Below are positions 38,378 through 48,416 of a stretch of DNA of 64,000 nucleotides, piece after piece. The position numbers and the translations under genes were made by a program. Location of the stretch: positions 6,348 to 70,347 of the forward strand of contig JACKGY010000004.1 of assembly GCA_020639295.1 (NCBI GenBank), read 5' to 3'. Numbering within the stretch: the stretch's first letter is position 1; each line of letters begins with the position of its first letter. Below the pieces are notes generated by a model. That model ran no database searches, was not told the origin of the DNA, and saw only the letters and a program-made list of their open reading frames with translations. Source of the DNA: Planctomycetota bacterium (GTDB lineage Bacteria > Planctomycetota > GCA-002687715 > DRQF01).

Positions 38378-39861
38378 GCCTCGATCTCCGTGAGTCGCTC
38401 CCTCCTCCCGGTCTCCTCGCCTCTCGAGCCGTAGCCCTCGGGGCGCGGGAAGACCAGCCTGAAGATCGACCCGCCACCGGGCTGGTCGTCGATCTCGATC
38501 GAACCCCGATGAGCCTCGACGATCTTCAGCACGAGCGCAAGCCCGATCCCGAGGCCGGGATACTCGTCGCGGCCGTGTAGTCGCTGGAAGAGATGGAAGA
38601 TCCTCTCCCGGAACTCGGGCGCGATCCCGATGCCGTTGTCGGCGACCTCCACGATGACGCGGTGGCGCTCATCACGACCACTGACCGTCACCACGGGCGC
38701 CTGGCCCCGGGCCACGTACTTGATCGCGTTGCCGATCAGGTTCTCGAAGACCGATCCGAGCAGGACGCGGTCGCCGCGGATGGTCGGGAGGTCGCCGATC
38801 GTGACCGTGGCCCCGGCGTCTTCGATCGCGAGCTGCAGGTCGGCACGGCTCGAGCGCGCGATCTCGGCCAGGTCGACGCGTTCGACCATGGTGGTCTTGC
38901 GGTCCACGCGAGAGAAGCGGAGCAGTCCCTGGATCATGCCCCTCATCCGCTCGGCGCCATCGAGCGCGAACCGGAAGTAGGTGACCTCGTCCTCGTCGAG
39001 CCGGCCGTCCAGCCGCTCGGCGATGAGGCCCAGGAAGCTCGAGACCATGCGCACCGGTTCCTGGAGGTCGTGGCTGGCGACCGCCGCGAACTGGAGCAGC
39101 TCCTCGTTGGAACGACGCAGTTCACCCTCGATCTCCTTCAGCTCCGAGATGTCGTGGATGATGCCGGTGAACCAGACCTCGCCGTCGACCTCGAAACGGC
39201 CGAGCGACAGCTTGATGGGAAACTCCCGACCCGTGGCGGTCACGGCCCGCAGTTCGCGACTGCCGCCGATCAGGGTCGATGTGCCCTGCTCGAAGTGCCG
39301 CGCCAGGTAGCCGTCGTGCTGCTCGCGGAAGGGCGAGGGCATGAGCATGCTCACGTTCCGGCCCACGAATTCGTCGGCCGGCTGCTCGAAGAGCCCTTCG
39401 ATCGCCGGATTGACGAAGACGATCGTGCCGGCCGAGTCGATCACGACGATGGCATCGGCGGCCGTCTCGACGAAGCCACGGAGGCGGGCGAGAGAGCGTT
39501 CGAGCTCGGCCTTGGTGCTCTTCAACTCGGTCCGGGCCGCGCGCTCCTCGCGCAGCGCGGTCTCGAGGCGCTGACGACGGTCGAGGGCGAGCGTCGTCAG
39601 ACGGCGGAGCCGCGTGCCCATGACCATGCCATGGACGAGGAGCGCGGCGAGAGCGCAGCCGAAGGCCAGGATCACCCAGGGCGAGACCCGGACGACACCG
39701 CCGATTCCCGGGATCAGGAACAGGTAGAAGGTCGTGACCAGGACCAGCACGGCGAGGAAGCCGAGGAATCGCAGGAGGCCGGGCGTCGGTGCCCGAAGCC
39801 GGACCGCGCTCGTGTCGTCGTCGCGCCGGGAGCGCTCGTCCGGTCGAGTGCCCCTGGTCAT
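38374..39861 (-). CDS. PAS-domain sensor histidine kinase
   Basis: 495-aa ORF with two N-terminal TM spans and a PAS-like region (AADAIVVIDSAGTIVFVNPAIEGLF). H-box FAAVASHDLQEPVRMV. N/G boxes NLIGNAIKY, DNGIGI, GLGIGLALV. Confidence 0.9.
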   Translation of the reverse strand: MTRGTRPDERSRRDDDTSAVRLRAPTPGLLRFLGFLAVLVLVTTFYLFLIPGIGGVVRVSPWVILAFGCALAALLVHGMVMGTRLRRLTTLALDRRQRLETALREERAARTELKSTKAELERSLARLRGFVETAADAIVVIDSAGTIVFVNPAIEGLFEQPADEFVGRNVSMLMPSPFREQHDGYLARHFEQGTSTLIGGSRELRAVTATGREFPIKLSLGRFEVDGEVWFTGIIHDISELKEIEGELRRSNEELLQFAAVASHDLQEPVRMVSSFLGLIAERLDGRLDEDEVTYFRFALDGAERMRGMIQGLLRFSRVDRKTTMVERVDLAEIARSSRADLQLAIEDAGATVTIGDLPTIRGDRVLLGSVFENLIGNAIKYVARGQAPVVTVSGRDERHRVIVEVADNGIGIAPEFRERIFHLFQRLHGRDEYPGLGIGLALVLKIVEAHRGSIEIDDQPGGGSIFRLVFPRPEGYGSRGEETGRRERLTEIEA

Positions 39862-40301
39862 GAGGGTGGCAGGAAGCGATCGAGGGCGAGGTCGACGAGG
39901 TGCCGGAGCTCGGCGAAGGTGGCGGGTTTCGCCAGCACGTCACTGGCTCCCGAGGCCTGGAAGCGCTGCCGATCCTCCTCCACGAGGGCACCGGAGAGGA
40001 CGACGCTGGGAACGGCTCCGAGGCGTTCGTTGGTGCGGAGGAAGCTGAGCACGATGTGACCCGAGAGCGGGGGCACGTTGACGTCGACGAAGAGCAAGGC
40101 CGGCAGCGTGGCGTCGGGACTGTTCTCGAGGTCCTGGAGCCGCGCCAGCAGGACGTCCGACCGGGCGAGGATCTCGATCCGGACTTCCGGCCGGGACCGG
40201 CTGATGGCCTCGGAGATGAGGCGAGCATCACCCGGATTGTCGTCGAGCACGATCAACCAGGGTTCCGTCCGGCTTGCCGCCTCGGTCGCGGTCCAGTTCA
40301 T
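39858..40301 (-). CDS. Response regulator, receiver domain only
   Basis: 147-aa ORF. LIVLDDNPGDARL, ALLFVDVNVPPLSG, VVLSGA..AKP. There are 4-nt overlaps with both neighbours. Confidence 0.85.
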   Translation of the reverse strand: MNWTATEAASRTEPWLIVLDDNPGDARLISEAISRSRPEVRIEILARSDVLLARLQDLENSPDATLPALLFVDVNVPPLSGHIVLSFLRTNERLGAVPSVVLSGALVEEDRQRFQASGASDVLAKPATFAELRHLVDLALDRFLPPS

Positions 40302-42154
40302 GAGCGGCTGGGCTCCAGCAAGGGTTGCGGCGAGCCCCAGAGGGGACCCTGCGCGAAGCGGACGCCCGATTCGAGCAGGAACTCGGTTTCCTCCTCCCGT
40401 TCCACGCCTTCGGCGATCACCCGTGCCTCGAGGCTCCGCGCCAGGCGGACGAGACGACGGAGGAAGCGGCGATCGTCGCGACGCTGGCCGAAGTCACCCA
40501 CCAGACGCCGGGTCACCTTGATCACCTGGGGTTCGAGGACCACCAGGGCTTCCAGCGAGCGGGCACCGAAACCGACGTCGTCGAGCGCCAGGATGACTCC
40601 CTCGGCGCGCAACTTGGCGAGCGCCGGGAGCAGGTAGCCCGGGTCGCCCACGAGCTGTTGCTCGCTGATCTCGACGCAGAGTCGTTGCTGGCGGCGGCTC
40701 GCGTGCAGCATGTCGGGAACCCGGGAGTGTTCCAGCGTGACCAGCGATTCCGGATGCAGGTTGACGTGCAGATCGAGCGTGCGCGGCAAGCTGGTCGAGC
40801 GCAGCAGAGCCCGGCGCAGGAGATCGATCTCCATGTGCACCAGCAGGTCGTGGTCGAGGCTCTTGGCATCGCGATCCTGCGGTCTGATCCAGGAACCATC
40901 GCCACCGGAGATCATGAACTCGAGGGCGATGACCTGGCCGGTCTCGAGGCTGACGATCTGCTGTTCGGCCACGCCGAGCCGCGACATCACCATCGACTCG
41001 CCGTCCGAAACCGCGACGGCATCGGTTCCGGTCACGGACGGAGCCGGCGCGGCCTGACCGCTGCTGACCCGGTCCTTGCCGCTCCGCTTGCTGGACGAAA
41101 GCGTGTCCTGGAGCGAGCGCAGCACCTCGTCGAGCGAACGGGTCGCGGCAGCCACCTCGACCAGACCGATGCTGACCGTGGTGCCGATCCGCTCGTCGGT
41201 CCAGTTGAGCTGCTGGGCGGCCACCTCATGCCGCAAGCGCTCGGCCAGGCCGCCACCTTCCGCGATCCTCGTCGCCGGCAGCAGGGCCAGGAACTCGTCA
41301 CCGCCGATTCGGCCCACCAGGTCGGTGGGGCGCAGCGACCGGCGCAAGACGGCCCCGACGCGCGCCAGCACGACGTCGCCGGCCGCGTGGCCGTGGCTCT
41401 CGTTGATCGTCTTGAAGTCGTCGAGGTCGAGAATGAGGGCAAGCAGGGGCTCACCCTGCCGGCGCGCACGCCCCAGTTCGATGCGCAGGCCGAGCTCGAG
41501 GCCACGTCGGTTGAGAACGCCGGTGAGCGGATCCTGGGTGGCCTGGATCTCGAGCTGGGCGAGGGTGCGTTCCAGCGCCTCCGAGGCCGCGTGCTCGACG
41601 GTCAGATCCTCGGCCAGCCCGGCGAGGAAGAGCGGTGCGTCATCACCGCGAACGATGTGGAAGCAGCGTTCGCGGAGCCACTGGACCCGACCCGAGGGAT
41701 GCACGATGCGGAACTCCTGGTCGAAGCTGCCGGGGTCGCTTCGCCAGGCCTCGATGACGCGCGTGCGCTCATCCTCGTGCAGCCAGTCCAGCCGGCCGGC
41801 GGGATCCTGCCCCTTGCCGACCACCTCCGGCCCCCAGATCCCGATGGCGCTGGGATTGGCGTAGACCAGGGTTCGACCCTCGGGATCCGCCAGCCAGAAG
41901 GCGCGGTCGAGATTGGTCATGAGGCCGTTGAAGAGGACCTCGCGTTCCTGAAGCTCGCTCGCCAGCCGCGCGGCGCTCTCCTGGCAGCTGGAAAGCTCGG
42001 CGCCGAGCTGATCGAGCACCGACTGGATCGCGGCGGAATCGAGTGCCTTCTCTCTGGTCAACGGTCGGACCTCTTGCGAACCCTGGATGTCGAAACGCAG
42101 TCGGTGCTTGGGCATCCCTTCCGTGGCGGAGCCTCGGCTCGTCCGGACCGACAC
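40298..42154 (-). CDS. PAS-GGDEF-EAL c-di-GMP signalling protein
   Basis: 618-aa ORF. Intact GGDEF (VGRIGGDEFLALL) with an RxxD I-site five residues upstream (RPTD). C-terminal EAL-type domain (CVEISEQ, ALDDVGFG, IKVTRRLV, VIAEGVE, FAQGPLWG). Alternative start at 42115. Confidence 0.9.
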   Translation of the reverse strand: MSVRTSRGSATEGMPKHRLRFDIQGSQEVRPLTREKALDSAAIQSVLDQLGAELSSCQESAARLASELQEREVLFNGLMTNLDRAFWLADPEGRTLVYANPSAIGIWGPEVVGKGQDPAGRLDWLHEDERTRVIEAWRSDPGSFDQEFRIVHPSGRVQWLRERCFHIVRGDDAPLFLAGLAEDLTVEHAASEALERTLAQLEIQATQDPLTGVLNRRGLELGLRIELGRARRQGEPLLALILDLDDFKTINESHGHAAGDVVLARVGAVLRRSLRPTDLVGRIGGDEFLALLPATRIAEGGGLAERLRHEVAAQQLNWTDERIGTTVSIGLVEVAAATRSLDEVLRSLQDTLSSSKRSGKDRVSSGQAAPAPSVTGTDAVAVSDGESMVMSRLGVAEQQIVSLETGQVIALEFMISGGDGSWIRPQDRDAKSLDHDLLVHMEIDLLRRALLRSTSLPRTLDLHVNLHPESLVTLEHSRVPDMLHASRRQQRLCVEISEQQLVGDPGYLLPALAKLRAEGVILALDDVGFGARSLEALVVLEPQVIKVTRRLVGDFGQRRDDRRFLRRLVRLARSLEARVIAEGVEREEETEFLLESGVRFAQGPLWGSPQPLLEPSRS

Positions 42155-42379
42155 CGGTGCCCTCTGGCTGCTACGAGCACGAAATTCCCTCCGCGGCGGT
42201 GATGAGCGGCGTCACCGAACCCGTTCCCCCTTGTAGCCGAAGGGAAACGGTTGGTCGACGGATTATCGGGTCGATCATGCCCGGACCTACGAGTGTTCAA
42301 CTATGTGGCGCTGGATGTTGTGAAGGCTCAGTCAAGGCCCTCATCCTGCCGTTGAGTGGATCGCGGCGCGCTCGATTCC

Positions 42380-43381
42380 TCATGGACATAGTACCGTCGC
42401 GCCGGTGATGCGGCCGCGGCGAAGATCCTCGATTGCCTCGTTCGCCGCCGCCAGCGGATAGCGGGTCACCCGGGCCTCGATGCGATGGTCGGCCGCGAAG
42501 TCGAGCAGCTCGCGGGCATCGTCGCGGGTGAGGTTCGCCACCGACTGGAGCGAGCGTTCCTCCCAGAGGTCGCGATAGGGAATGGAGGGGATGTCGCTCA
42601 TGTGGATGCCGCCGCAGACGACGCGACCTCCCTTGCCGACCGCGCGCAAGGCCCTCGGTACGAGGGCCCCGACCGGTGCGAAGATCAAGGCGGCATCAAG
42701 TGGCCGCGGCGGAGTCTCGTCGGATGAGCCGGCCCAGCTCGCGCCGAGTTCGCGGGCGAGCTCCTGGGCCGCGCCATCCCCGGTCCGGGTGAAGGCGTAG
42801 AACTCGCGCCCTTGAGCCCGGATGATCTGCGCGAGCAGGTGCGCGGCGGCGCCGAAGCCGTAGAGGCCGATCCGCTCGGCCGGTCCGGCGAAGCGCAGGC
42901 TGCGCCAGCCGATCGCGCCGGCGCAGAGCAGCGGCGCGACCCGCAGGTCGTCGATCGTCTCGGGCAGGGGCAGGCAGAAGTCGGCGCGGGCCAGGACCTG
43001 TTCCGCGAAGCCGCCATCACGATCGTGGCCGGTGTAGAGGCCGACATCACAGAGGTTCTCGCGACCACCGCGGCAGGACGGACAGGAGCCGCAGGTCGAG
43101 GCCAGCCAGGTCACGCCGACCCGGCTGCCGAGGGCCGGACCGGCGGTTCCCTCACCCAATGCGATCACCTCGCCGACGATCTGATGGCCGGGGACGACGG
43201 GCAGTCGCGCATTCGGCAGCTCGCCATCGACCAGGTGCAGGTCCGTCCGGCACAGGCCACAGGCGCGCACCCTCAGCAGGGGCTCGCCGGGAGCCGGCCG
43301 CGGCGAAGGCCGCTCCAGCTCCTCGAGGGGCTCGCCGAAGGCCCGCAACACCATGGCTCGATGACGACTCGATGAGGTCAT
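42380..43381 (-). CDS. Zinc-dependent alcohol dehydrogenase family (MDR) oxidoreductase
   Basis: 333-aa ORF. GLCRTDLHLVDGE, VPGHQIVGEV, structural-zinc cysteines CGSCPSCRGGRENLC, and a Rossmann-type GLYGFGAAAH. Alternative start at 43354. Confidence 0.9.
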   Translation of the reverse strand: MTSSSRHRAMVLRAFGEPLEELERPSPRPAPGEPLLRVRACGLCRTDLHLVDGELPNARLPVVPGHQIVGEVIALGEGTAGPALGSRVGVTWLASTCGSCPSCRGGRENLCDVGLYTGHDRDGGFAEQVLARADFCLPLPETIDDLRVAPLLCAGAIGWRSLRFAGPAERIGLYGFGAAAHLLAQIIRAQGREFYAFTRTGDGAAQELARELGASWAGSSDETPPRPLDAALIFAPVGALVPRALRAVGKGGRVVCGGIHMSDIPSIPYRDLWEERSLQSVANLTRDDARELLDFAADHRIEARVTRYPLAAANEAIEDLRRGRITGATVLCP

Positions 43382-43593
43382 GACTTGCCGCTCACGAACG
43401 TCGTGATGCTAACCCGCGGCACCCATGACCTCCACGGGCGCTGCTGGCGAATCGGCCCACTGGCCGCGCCGTGTGGCGGGAGGGCCATCCCGGCGCAGAA
43501 TCGAGATTCTCTTCGAACCCGAGCTCGAGGCCCTACGTTGGGGGGGCGAGATCAGCGCGTAGGGTCCTCCCCGGACCCCAGAGAGGAGTTGCC

Positions 43594-45786
43594 ATGAACC
43601 GAAAGACCAGTTTCGCCGTCCTGTTGTTGCTAGCGATCGGCCTCCGTGCCGCGGCGCAGACCGGGCCCGCCATGGGCGTCTACAAGGGGCTCGACATCAA
43701 GAACATCGTCGCCGGTGACTTCGATCTGGACGGACTTCCAGACGGCATCCATGTCACCGCGAACGACCTCTACGTCGAGCTGAACTACGGCATCGGCAAT
43801 CTCCCCTGGACCCTGACCTTTCCCGGCGAGGGAGGCGACGACGTCGCCGTCCGCGATCTCGACGGGGATTTCAATCTCGACGTGATCGTCCTGCAGTCGG
43901 TCAACGTCAACTACGACCTGGCCACCGTTCGGGTCCTGATCAACGACGGTTTCGGCGGTCTCAACGGCAGCACGGTCCAGATCCGTGGCCGCCACCTGCC
44001 CCAGGTCGTGGACCTGAACGGCGACGGCATCCTCGACCTCCTCGCCGATGACCACTGGAATCGGGGCACCGCCCCGGGCGTCTTCATGCCGGCGCCGCAG
44101 GCGATCGCGATCGTGGACCAGCCACACCTGCCGCTGGGCGATCTGGCGGACGACTTCGGCCTCTATACCGCCGGTGATTTCGACGGAGACGGCGATGCCG
44201 ATCTGCTGCGCTATCGCTACCAGCAGGTCTCGCTGGGGCGCTATGCCTACGCCGACCTCCTGGTCAACGACGGCACCGGCGTCTTCAGCTACCGGAGCAG
44301 CGAACGGGTCTCGTCGCCCAGCTTCGACACGCCAAGGACGCGGTTCGTGGTCTTCGACCACGACCAGGACGGCATCGACGACTTCCTGGTCGAGGACACC
44401 TTCATCGGCCGCCTGGTGATCCACCTCGGTGATCCCGCGGGCCGCTTCCTCGGTGGGCTGGTCCATGTTCCCGGGCAGGGCAGCTTCGTCGGCCGCGCCG
44501 ATCTCGATGGCGACGGCGACCAGGACATCGTCGTGAGACGCCCCGTCTTCTCCACGATCCCCAATCCCAATCCGCCGCCGCCGTCGTTGAACGTGATCGA
44601 GAACGTCGGCCGCGACGTGTTGAGCGAGCCCACGCTGAGCACGCTCTCCTTCATCGACCATCGCTTCGCCGTCGCCGACCTCAACCTCGATGGCCGGGAG
44701 GACTTCGTCTTCCTCGGCCCCTTCGCCACCTTCGGCTTCGGGGTCGCGCTCTCGAACATGCTCTCGACCATCAACCCTCCGGTCCGGGAGCTGGTCGGCG
44801 TCACCGGTGTCGGTCAGGTCGTGCCCGCCGGCACCGCTCCCACGCAAGCGCTCGGCATCGTGCTGCGAACCGCCGGCGGCCAGCCGGTCGGCGGCGAGAC
44901 GGTCACCGTGGCGGCGGAAGCCGGTCTCGTCGGCGCGACCAGTTTCGTGACCAATGCGAGCGGCCTGATCTCCATCCCGTTGAATCTCAGCGAGGTCGTC
45001 GGCCGGCATCGGGTCACCTGCTCGGCTCCTCTTGCCGCCTCGCGACACTTCGTCGTGGAGGTCACGCCGACCCGCAACATCGTGCTCGTCGCCGGCTTCG
45101 ACCAGGGCGCCAACCCGGGCGGGAACTTCCCCCAGCCGCTCCAGGCGCGCGTCGTCGATGCCGCGGGCAGCCCGGTGCCGGGCGTTCCGGTCGAGGTCTC
45201 GCGCGACTGGCCGAACGGTCCCTATCCGATTCCCGGCTCCCCCTTCATGACCGACGCCAGCGGTGCGATCTCGGTCACGGTGCCAGCCGGGCAGCCGTCC
45301 GCCGGGCTGAGCTACGCCGGCGACCTCGGCGATCTCGGGGTCCTGGTCGGCGCGCCGCGCGCGGCGAGCGTCGAGGCGAGGATGTTCACCCGGCGCTTCT
45401 CCGTCGAATTCGGTGTCGTCGGCAGCAGCGGTTCCGGAGGCTGGGTCCTCCGCTACCACCACGAGCACATCTACACGCCGCTCATCCTCATGGCCGACGC
45501 CCCGCAGCCGGCGACGCCCTCGATCTTCGGCAACTGGTACACCTCGTTCCTCAACCCGCAGCCGACCCTCTTCATCCTCGACGGGCTCGGCCTGACCGGG
45601 CCGCCGGTCCCGAGCCTCGTCACCGCGCCGATCCCGGGCTTGCCGGGCTATTCCTACGAGCTGATCATCCCCTGGAACGCCGTTCCGGGCGGGACCCAGG
45701 TCGTGTTCCAGATGCTGAGCTACGACAACGCCTATCCCTTCCCGGCCAAGGTCGGGCTCTCGGACCCGGCCACGGTCACCTTCTGA
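43594..45786 (+). CDS. Secreted FG-GAP/VCBS-repeat protein (F2), paralog of F1
   Basis: In-frame ATG within ORF 43471..45786, with GAGAGGAG at 43581-43588. Signal peptide MNRKTSFAVLLLLAIGLRAAAQ. Co-linear with F1 from TGPAMGVYKGLDIKNIVAGDFDLDGLPDGIHVT to the shared C-terminus PSIFGNWYTSFLNPQPTLFILDGLGLTGPPVP...GTQVVFQMLSYDNAYPFPAKVGLSDPATVTF. Confidence 0.85.
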   Translation: MNRKTSFAVLLLLAIGLRAAAQTGPAMGVYKGLDIKNIVAGDFDLDGLPDGIHVTANDLYVELNYGIGNLPWTLTFPGEGGDDVAVRDLDGDFNLDVIVLQSVNVNYDLATVRVLINDGFGGLNGSTVQIRGRHLPQVVDLNGDGILDLLADDHWNRGTAPGVFMPAPQAIAIVDQPHLPLGDLADDFGLYTAGDFDGDGDADLLRYRYQQVSLGRYAYADLLVNDGTGVFSYRSSERVSSPSFDTPRTRFVVFDHDQDGIDDFLVEDTFIGRLVIHLGDPAGRFLGGLVHVPGQGSFVGRADLDGDGDQDIVVRRPVFSTIPNPNPPPPSLNVIENVGRDVLSEPTLSTLSFIDHRFAVADLNLDGREDFVFLGPFATFGFGVALSNMLSTINPPVRELVGVTGVGQVVPAGTAPTQALGIVLRTAGGQPVGGETVTVAAEAGLVGATSFVTNASGLISIPLNLSEVVGRHRVTCSAPLAASRHFVVEVTPTRNIVLVAGFDQGANPGGNFPQPLQARVVDAAGSPVPGVPVEVSRDWPNGPYPIPGSPFMTDASGAISVTVPAGQPSAGLSYAGDLGDLGVLVGAPRAASVEARMFTRRFSVEFGVVGSSGSGGWVLRYHHEHIYTPLILMADAPQPATPSIFGNWYTSFLNPQPTLFILDGLGLTGPPVPSLVTAPIPGLPGYSYELIIPWNAVPGGTQVVFQMLSYDNAYPFPAKVGLSDPATVTF

Positions 45787-45882
45787 CCGGGTCCGCGGGC
45801 CGCAGGGATCTGCCGGCGGGGCCTTCGGGCCTCGCTCCCGCGGATCTGGCCCACGCGACGAGCCGACCCCGCGCGTCGGCGT

Positions 45883-46638
45883 TCAGATGATGGACGCGTC
45901 GGCCACGACGATCGTGGCCGGCGCGTCGTCGCTCCAGTCGGAGCCGTCGTAGTCGCCCTGCCAGCGCCGCTCCGCGAAGCCGGCCGCGTCGAGCAGGGCC
46001 CCGAGGCGAGCGCGGTCGAGGGGCACCAGCTCGGAGGTCCTCTCCTCGAGGGTCTCGCCGGCGATGCTCATCCGGACGTGGAAGCCGGGCCGATCCGGCC
46101 CGCAGGCGACGAGTTCGCGTTCGAGGCGGATCGTGCGGCCATCCGGAAGGAGACGATCGAGCACCGGCATCCGGTTCGGCAGCGTCGGCAGCAGGCGGTC
46201 GAAGTTGATCAGCTGCAGCACCAGGCGCCCCTGGGGATGGAGCAGCCTCCGCATGGCGATCAGACCCTCGCGGACGGCCTGGTCGTCGGCGAGCAGGGCG
46301 AGCGAGTTGCCCAGGCAGTAGATCAGTCCCGGGGGTCCGGGCAGGACCTCGCCGAGGATGCGGTCGGCCAGGCGCAGGTCGCCGCAGAGCGCGCGCCGTC
46401 CGAGGTCCGGGCGACGGTCACGGAAACGGCGGATCATCGCCGCCGAGAGGTCGAGGCCCCAGGCCTCGAGCCCGCGATCGAGCAAGGCCTCGAGGTGGTT
46501 GCCGCTCCCGCAGGCGAGATCGAGGAAGAGCTCCGGGGCCGCCGCGGGCCGGCTCGCCAGCAGGAAGTCGATCTGCACCGGCCGCGCCGGGAAGAGGTGT
46601 TCATAGACCTCCGCGATCTTCTCGAAACGATCGGTCAT
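45883..46638 (-). CDS. Class I SAM-dependent methyltransferase
   Basis: In-frame ATG 46638 within ORF 45883..46953. Motif I FLDLACGSGNH, post-I WGLDLS, and a motif-II-like region LIYCLGNSLALL. Confidence 0.8.
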   Translation of the reverse strand: MTDRFEKIAEVYEHLFPARPVQIDFLLASRPAAAPELFLDLACGSGNHLEALLDRGLEAWGLDLSAAMIRRFRDRRPDLGRRALCGDLRLADRILGEVLPGPPGLIYCLGNSLALLADDQAVREGLIAMRRLLHPQGRLVLQLINFDRLLPTLPNRMPVLDRLLPDGRTIRLERELVACGPDRPGFHVRMSIAGETLEERTSELVPLDRARLGALLDAAGFAERRWQGDYDGSDWSDDAPATIVVADASII

Positions 46639-46702
46639 CGCCAGGGCTCCTTCGGGTCGACCTTCGTCGGGAGCGACGATCCGGCAGCGCCGCCCAGGTC
46701 GG

Positions 46703-48337
46703 TCACGATCGGGTCTCGTCCCGGCTGATCCGCTCGGACTCGAGCATCCAGGCCTCGAGGTCGCGAGGCAAGACCGGGCCGGCGGCGAAGATCTCGTCAT
46801 GGAAGCGGGCGGGATCGAAGGCCGGGCCGCGTCGGGCCGCGACCGCGTCTCGCAGGGCGCGGAACGAGCGCGAGCCGAAGAAGTAGGCCACCGCCTGCGT
46901 CGGTCCGCGCTGGTAGCGCTGGATCTCCCAGAACGCGGAGGGCAGACCGGCATGCTCGCGGATGAAGTCCTCGATCGCGGCCGCGGTCATGGCACCGCTC
47001 TGGAAGCCGATCTCCGCGATCACCCGGACCGCGCGCAGGGCGTCGGCGGCATGGGCGAAGAGGAGGTCTTCGCCCTGATGCACGCCGGCCTCGCGGGCCA
47101 GCGACTCGGCGTGGACCGCCCAGCCCTCGATGCTCATCATCGCGGCGAAGTTCAGGCGGGGAATGGCCACGTCGTCGGCGACGGCGATGAAGCGCAAGGG
47201 CGCCCGCGAGTGCCCGTGATGGCGCTGGAATCCCCGCGACTGGAGGAAGTGCCCCGGGCAACCCTCGTGGATCGCGAGCACGGCCGACCAGGCCTTCGAA
47301 TGCGCGGCCGGGTCCGGGTGGAGGACGAACTGGCCACGCCCATCGGGGTCGAGCAGCGGAGCCGGCCAGTTCGTGCCCGGACCCAGCTCGCGCATGCCCT
47401 CCGGGTAGTCGTTCATGCCGATCTGGTCGACGTCGAAGGGCAGAAACTCGCCCCGCTCGACCAGCGTCGTCATCGCCCGGCGCATGATGCCGCGGTAGTG
47501 GGCGCGCAGATCGCAGCCGGCGGCGAGCTTCTCCTGCTGCAACTCGCCCATGAGCCGCGTGACGGCGGCGAAGTCCGGCACCGCGGCCTCGCCTCGGAGC
47601 GCGCGCGCGACGGCCAGCATTGCCTGCTGCGTCTCCGCGAGCGCGGCGCGGGCCTCGGCCACGAGATCGGGCAAGGGCCGGTCGATGCCGTGGCTCAGTT
47701 CGAGTCGGCGGGCGTAGGCCTCGGGCCCGAGGATCGTGGTCTCCGGCGCCCGCGGCAGGAGCTCCTTCTCGATGAACTGGCGGTGCTCGTCGAGTGCGGC
47801 CGCGGCGGTGGCGTCGAGCCGGGCGAAGAAGCTCCGCGCCGCCGGGATCTCGTAATCGCGCAGGCACTCCAGGAAGGCCCGGTGCGCGACGCGACCCCGA
47901 TCGCGCGCCGCGACCAGCGCCGCTCGATGGTCGGCCAGGAAGCCGGGCAGGGCCGCCGTGCGGGCCCGGTAGGGGCCGTCCGGATCGAGCAGCTCCTTCT
48001 CGCCGGCGCCGCGCCGCGAGGCCAGGTAGCGGGTCATCGTGTAGGGGTAGGTCGCCCACTGCGGGTTGGCCTGGACGAGGCCGTCGTCGGCCAGGGCGAG
48101 TTCGAGGCGCGCGTGCCGCTCCAGGGTCCGGTGCTCGAGCCGTTCGGCGGCGCTCGAGTCGGCCGGCTCGACGCCTCCCAGGGCGAGAGCGTCGCGCCAG
48201 AAGTCGCGCCGGGCCGCCTCGCCGGACTCGCTCAGGTCGCGCAGCGCATGAGCTTGGTCCTCGCGGCCGAGAGCGGTGGCCTCCTCGGGCTCGAGCGCGA
48301 CGAGCCGGTCGAAAAGCGCGATGTGAGCGTCCTGCAT
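46703..48337 (-). CDS. DUF885-family protein (putative metallopeptidase-like)
   Basis: ORF 46703..48400, with start ATG 48337 (MQDAHIALFDRL). HEGCPGHFLQ matches the H-E-x-x-P-G-H motif I associate with DUF885. Length is about 544 aa. Confidence 0.75.
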   Translation of the reverse strand: MQDAHIALFDRLVALEPEEATALGREDQAHALRDLSESGEAARRDFWRDALALGGVEPADSSAAERLEHRTLERHARLELALADDGLVQANPQWATYPYTMTRYLASRRGAGEKELLDPDGPYRARTAALPGFLADHRAALVAARDRGRVAHRAFLECLRDYEIPAARSFFARLDATAAAALDEHRQFIEKELLPRAPETTILGPEAYARRLELSHGIDRPLPDLVAEARAALAETQQAMLAVARALRGEAAVPDFAAVTRLMGELQQEKLAAGCDLRAHYRGIMRRAMTTLVERGEFLPFDVDQIGMNDYPEGMRELGPGTNWPAPLLDPDGRGQFVLHPDPAAHSKAWSAVLAIHEGCPGHFLQSRGFQRHHGHSRAPLRFIAVADDVAIPRLNFAAMMSIEGWAVHAESLAREAGVHQGEDLLFAHAADALRAVRVIAEIGFQSGAMTAAAIEDFIREHAGLPSAFWEIQRYQRGPTQAVAYFFGSRSFRALRDAVAARRGPAFDPARFHDEIFAAGPVLPRDLEAWMLESERISRDETRS

Positions 48338-48416
48338 GATGGTCCCCCGTGCCGGGAGTGTAGGCACTCCCCGGGGGCGAGCCAATCGGACCGGTCGCAA
48401 CGGAGTGGCCCCGAGC

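Noticed and set aside
45787-45882. A possible terminator hairpin after F2 (GGGGCCTTCGGGCCTC, ~45818-45835), and similar weak stems after T1 (~6728-6770) and P4 (~54693-54735).
   Set aside because: The stems are only 4-6 bp or are interrupted, with no adjacent U-tract. They are not distinguishable from background palindromicity in GC-rich DNA.
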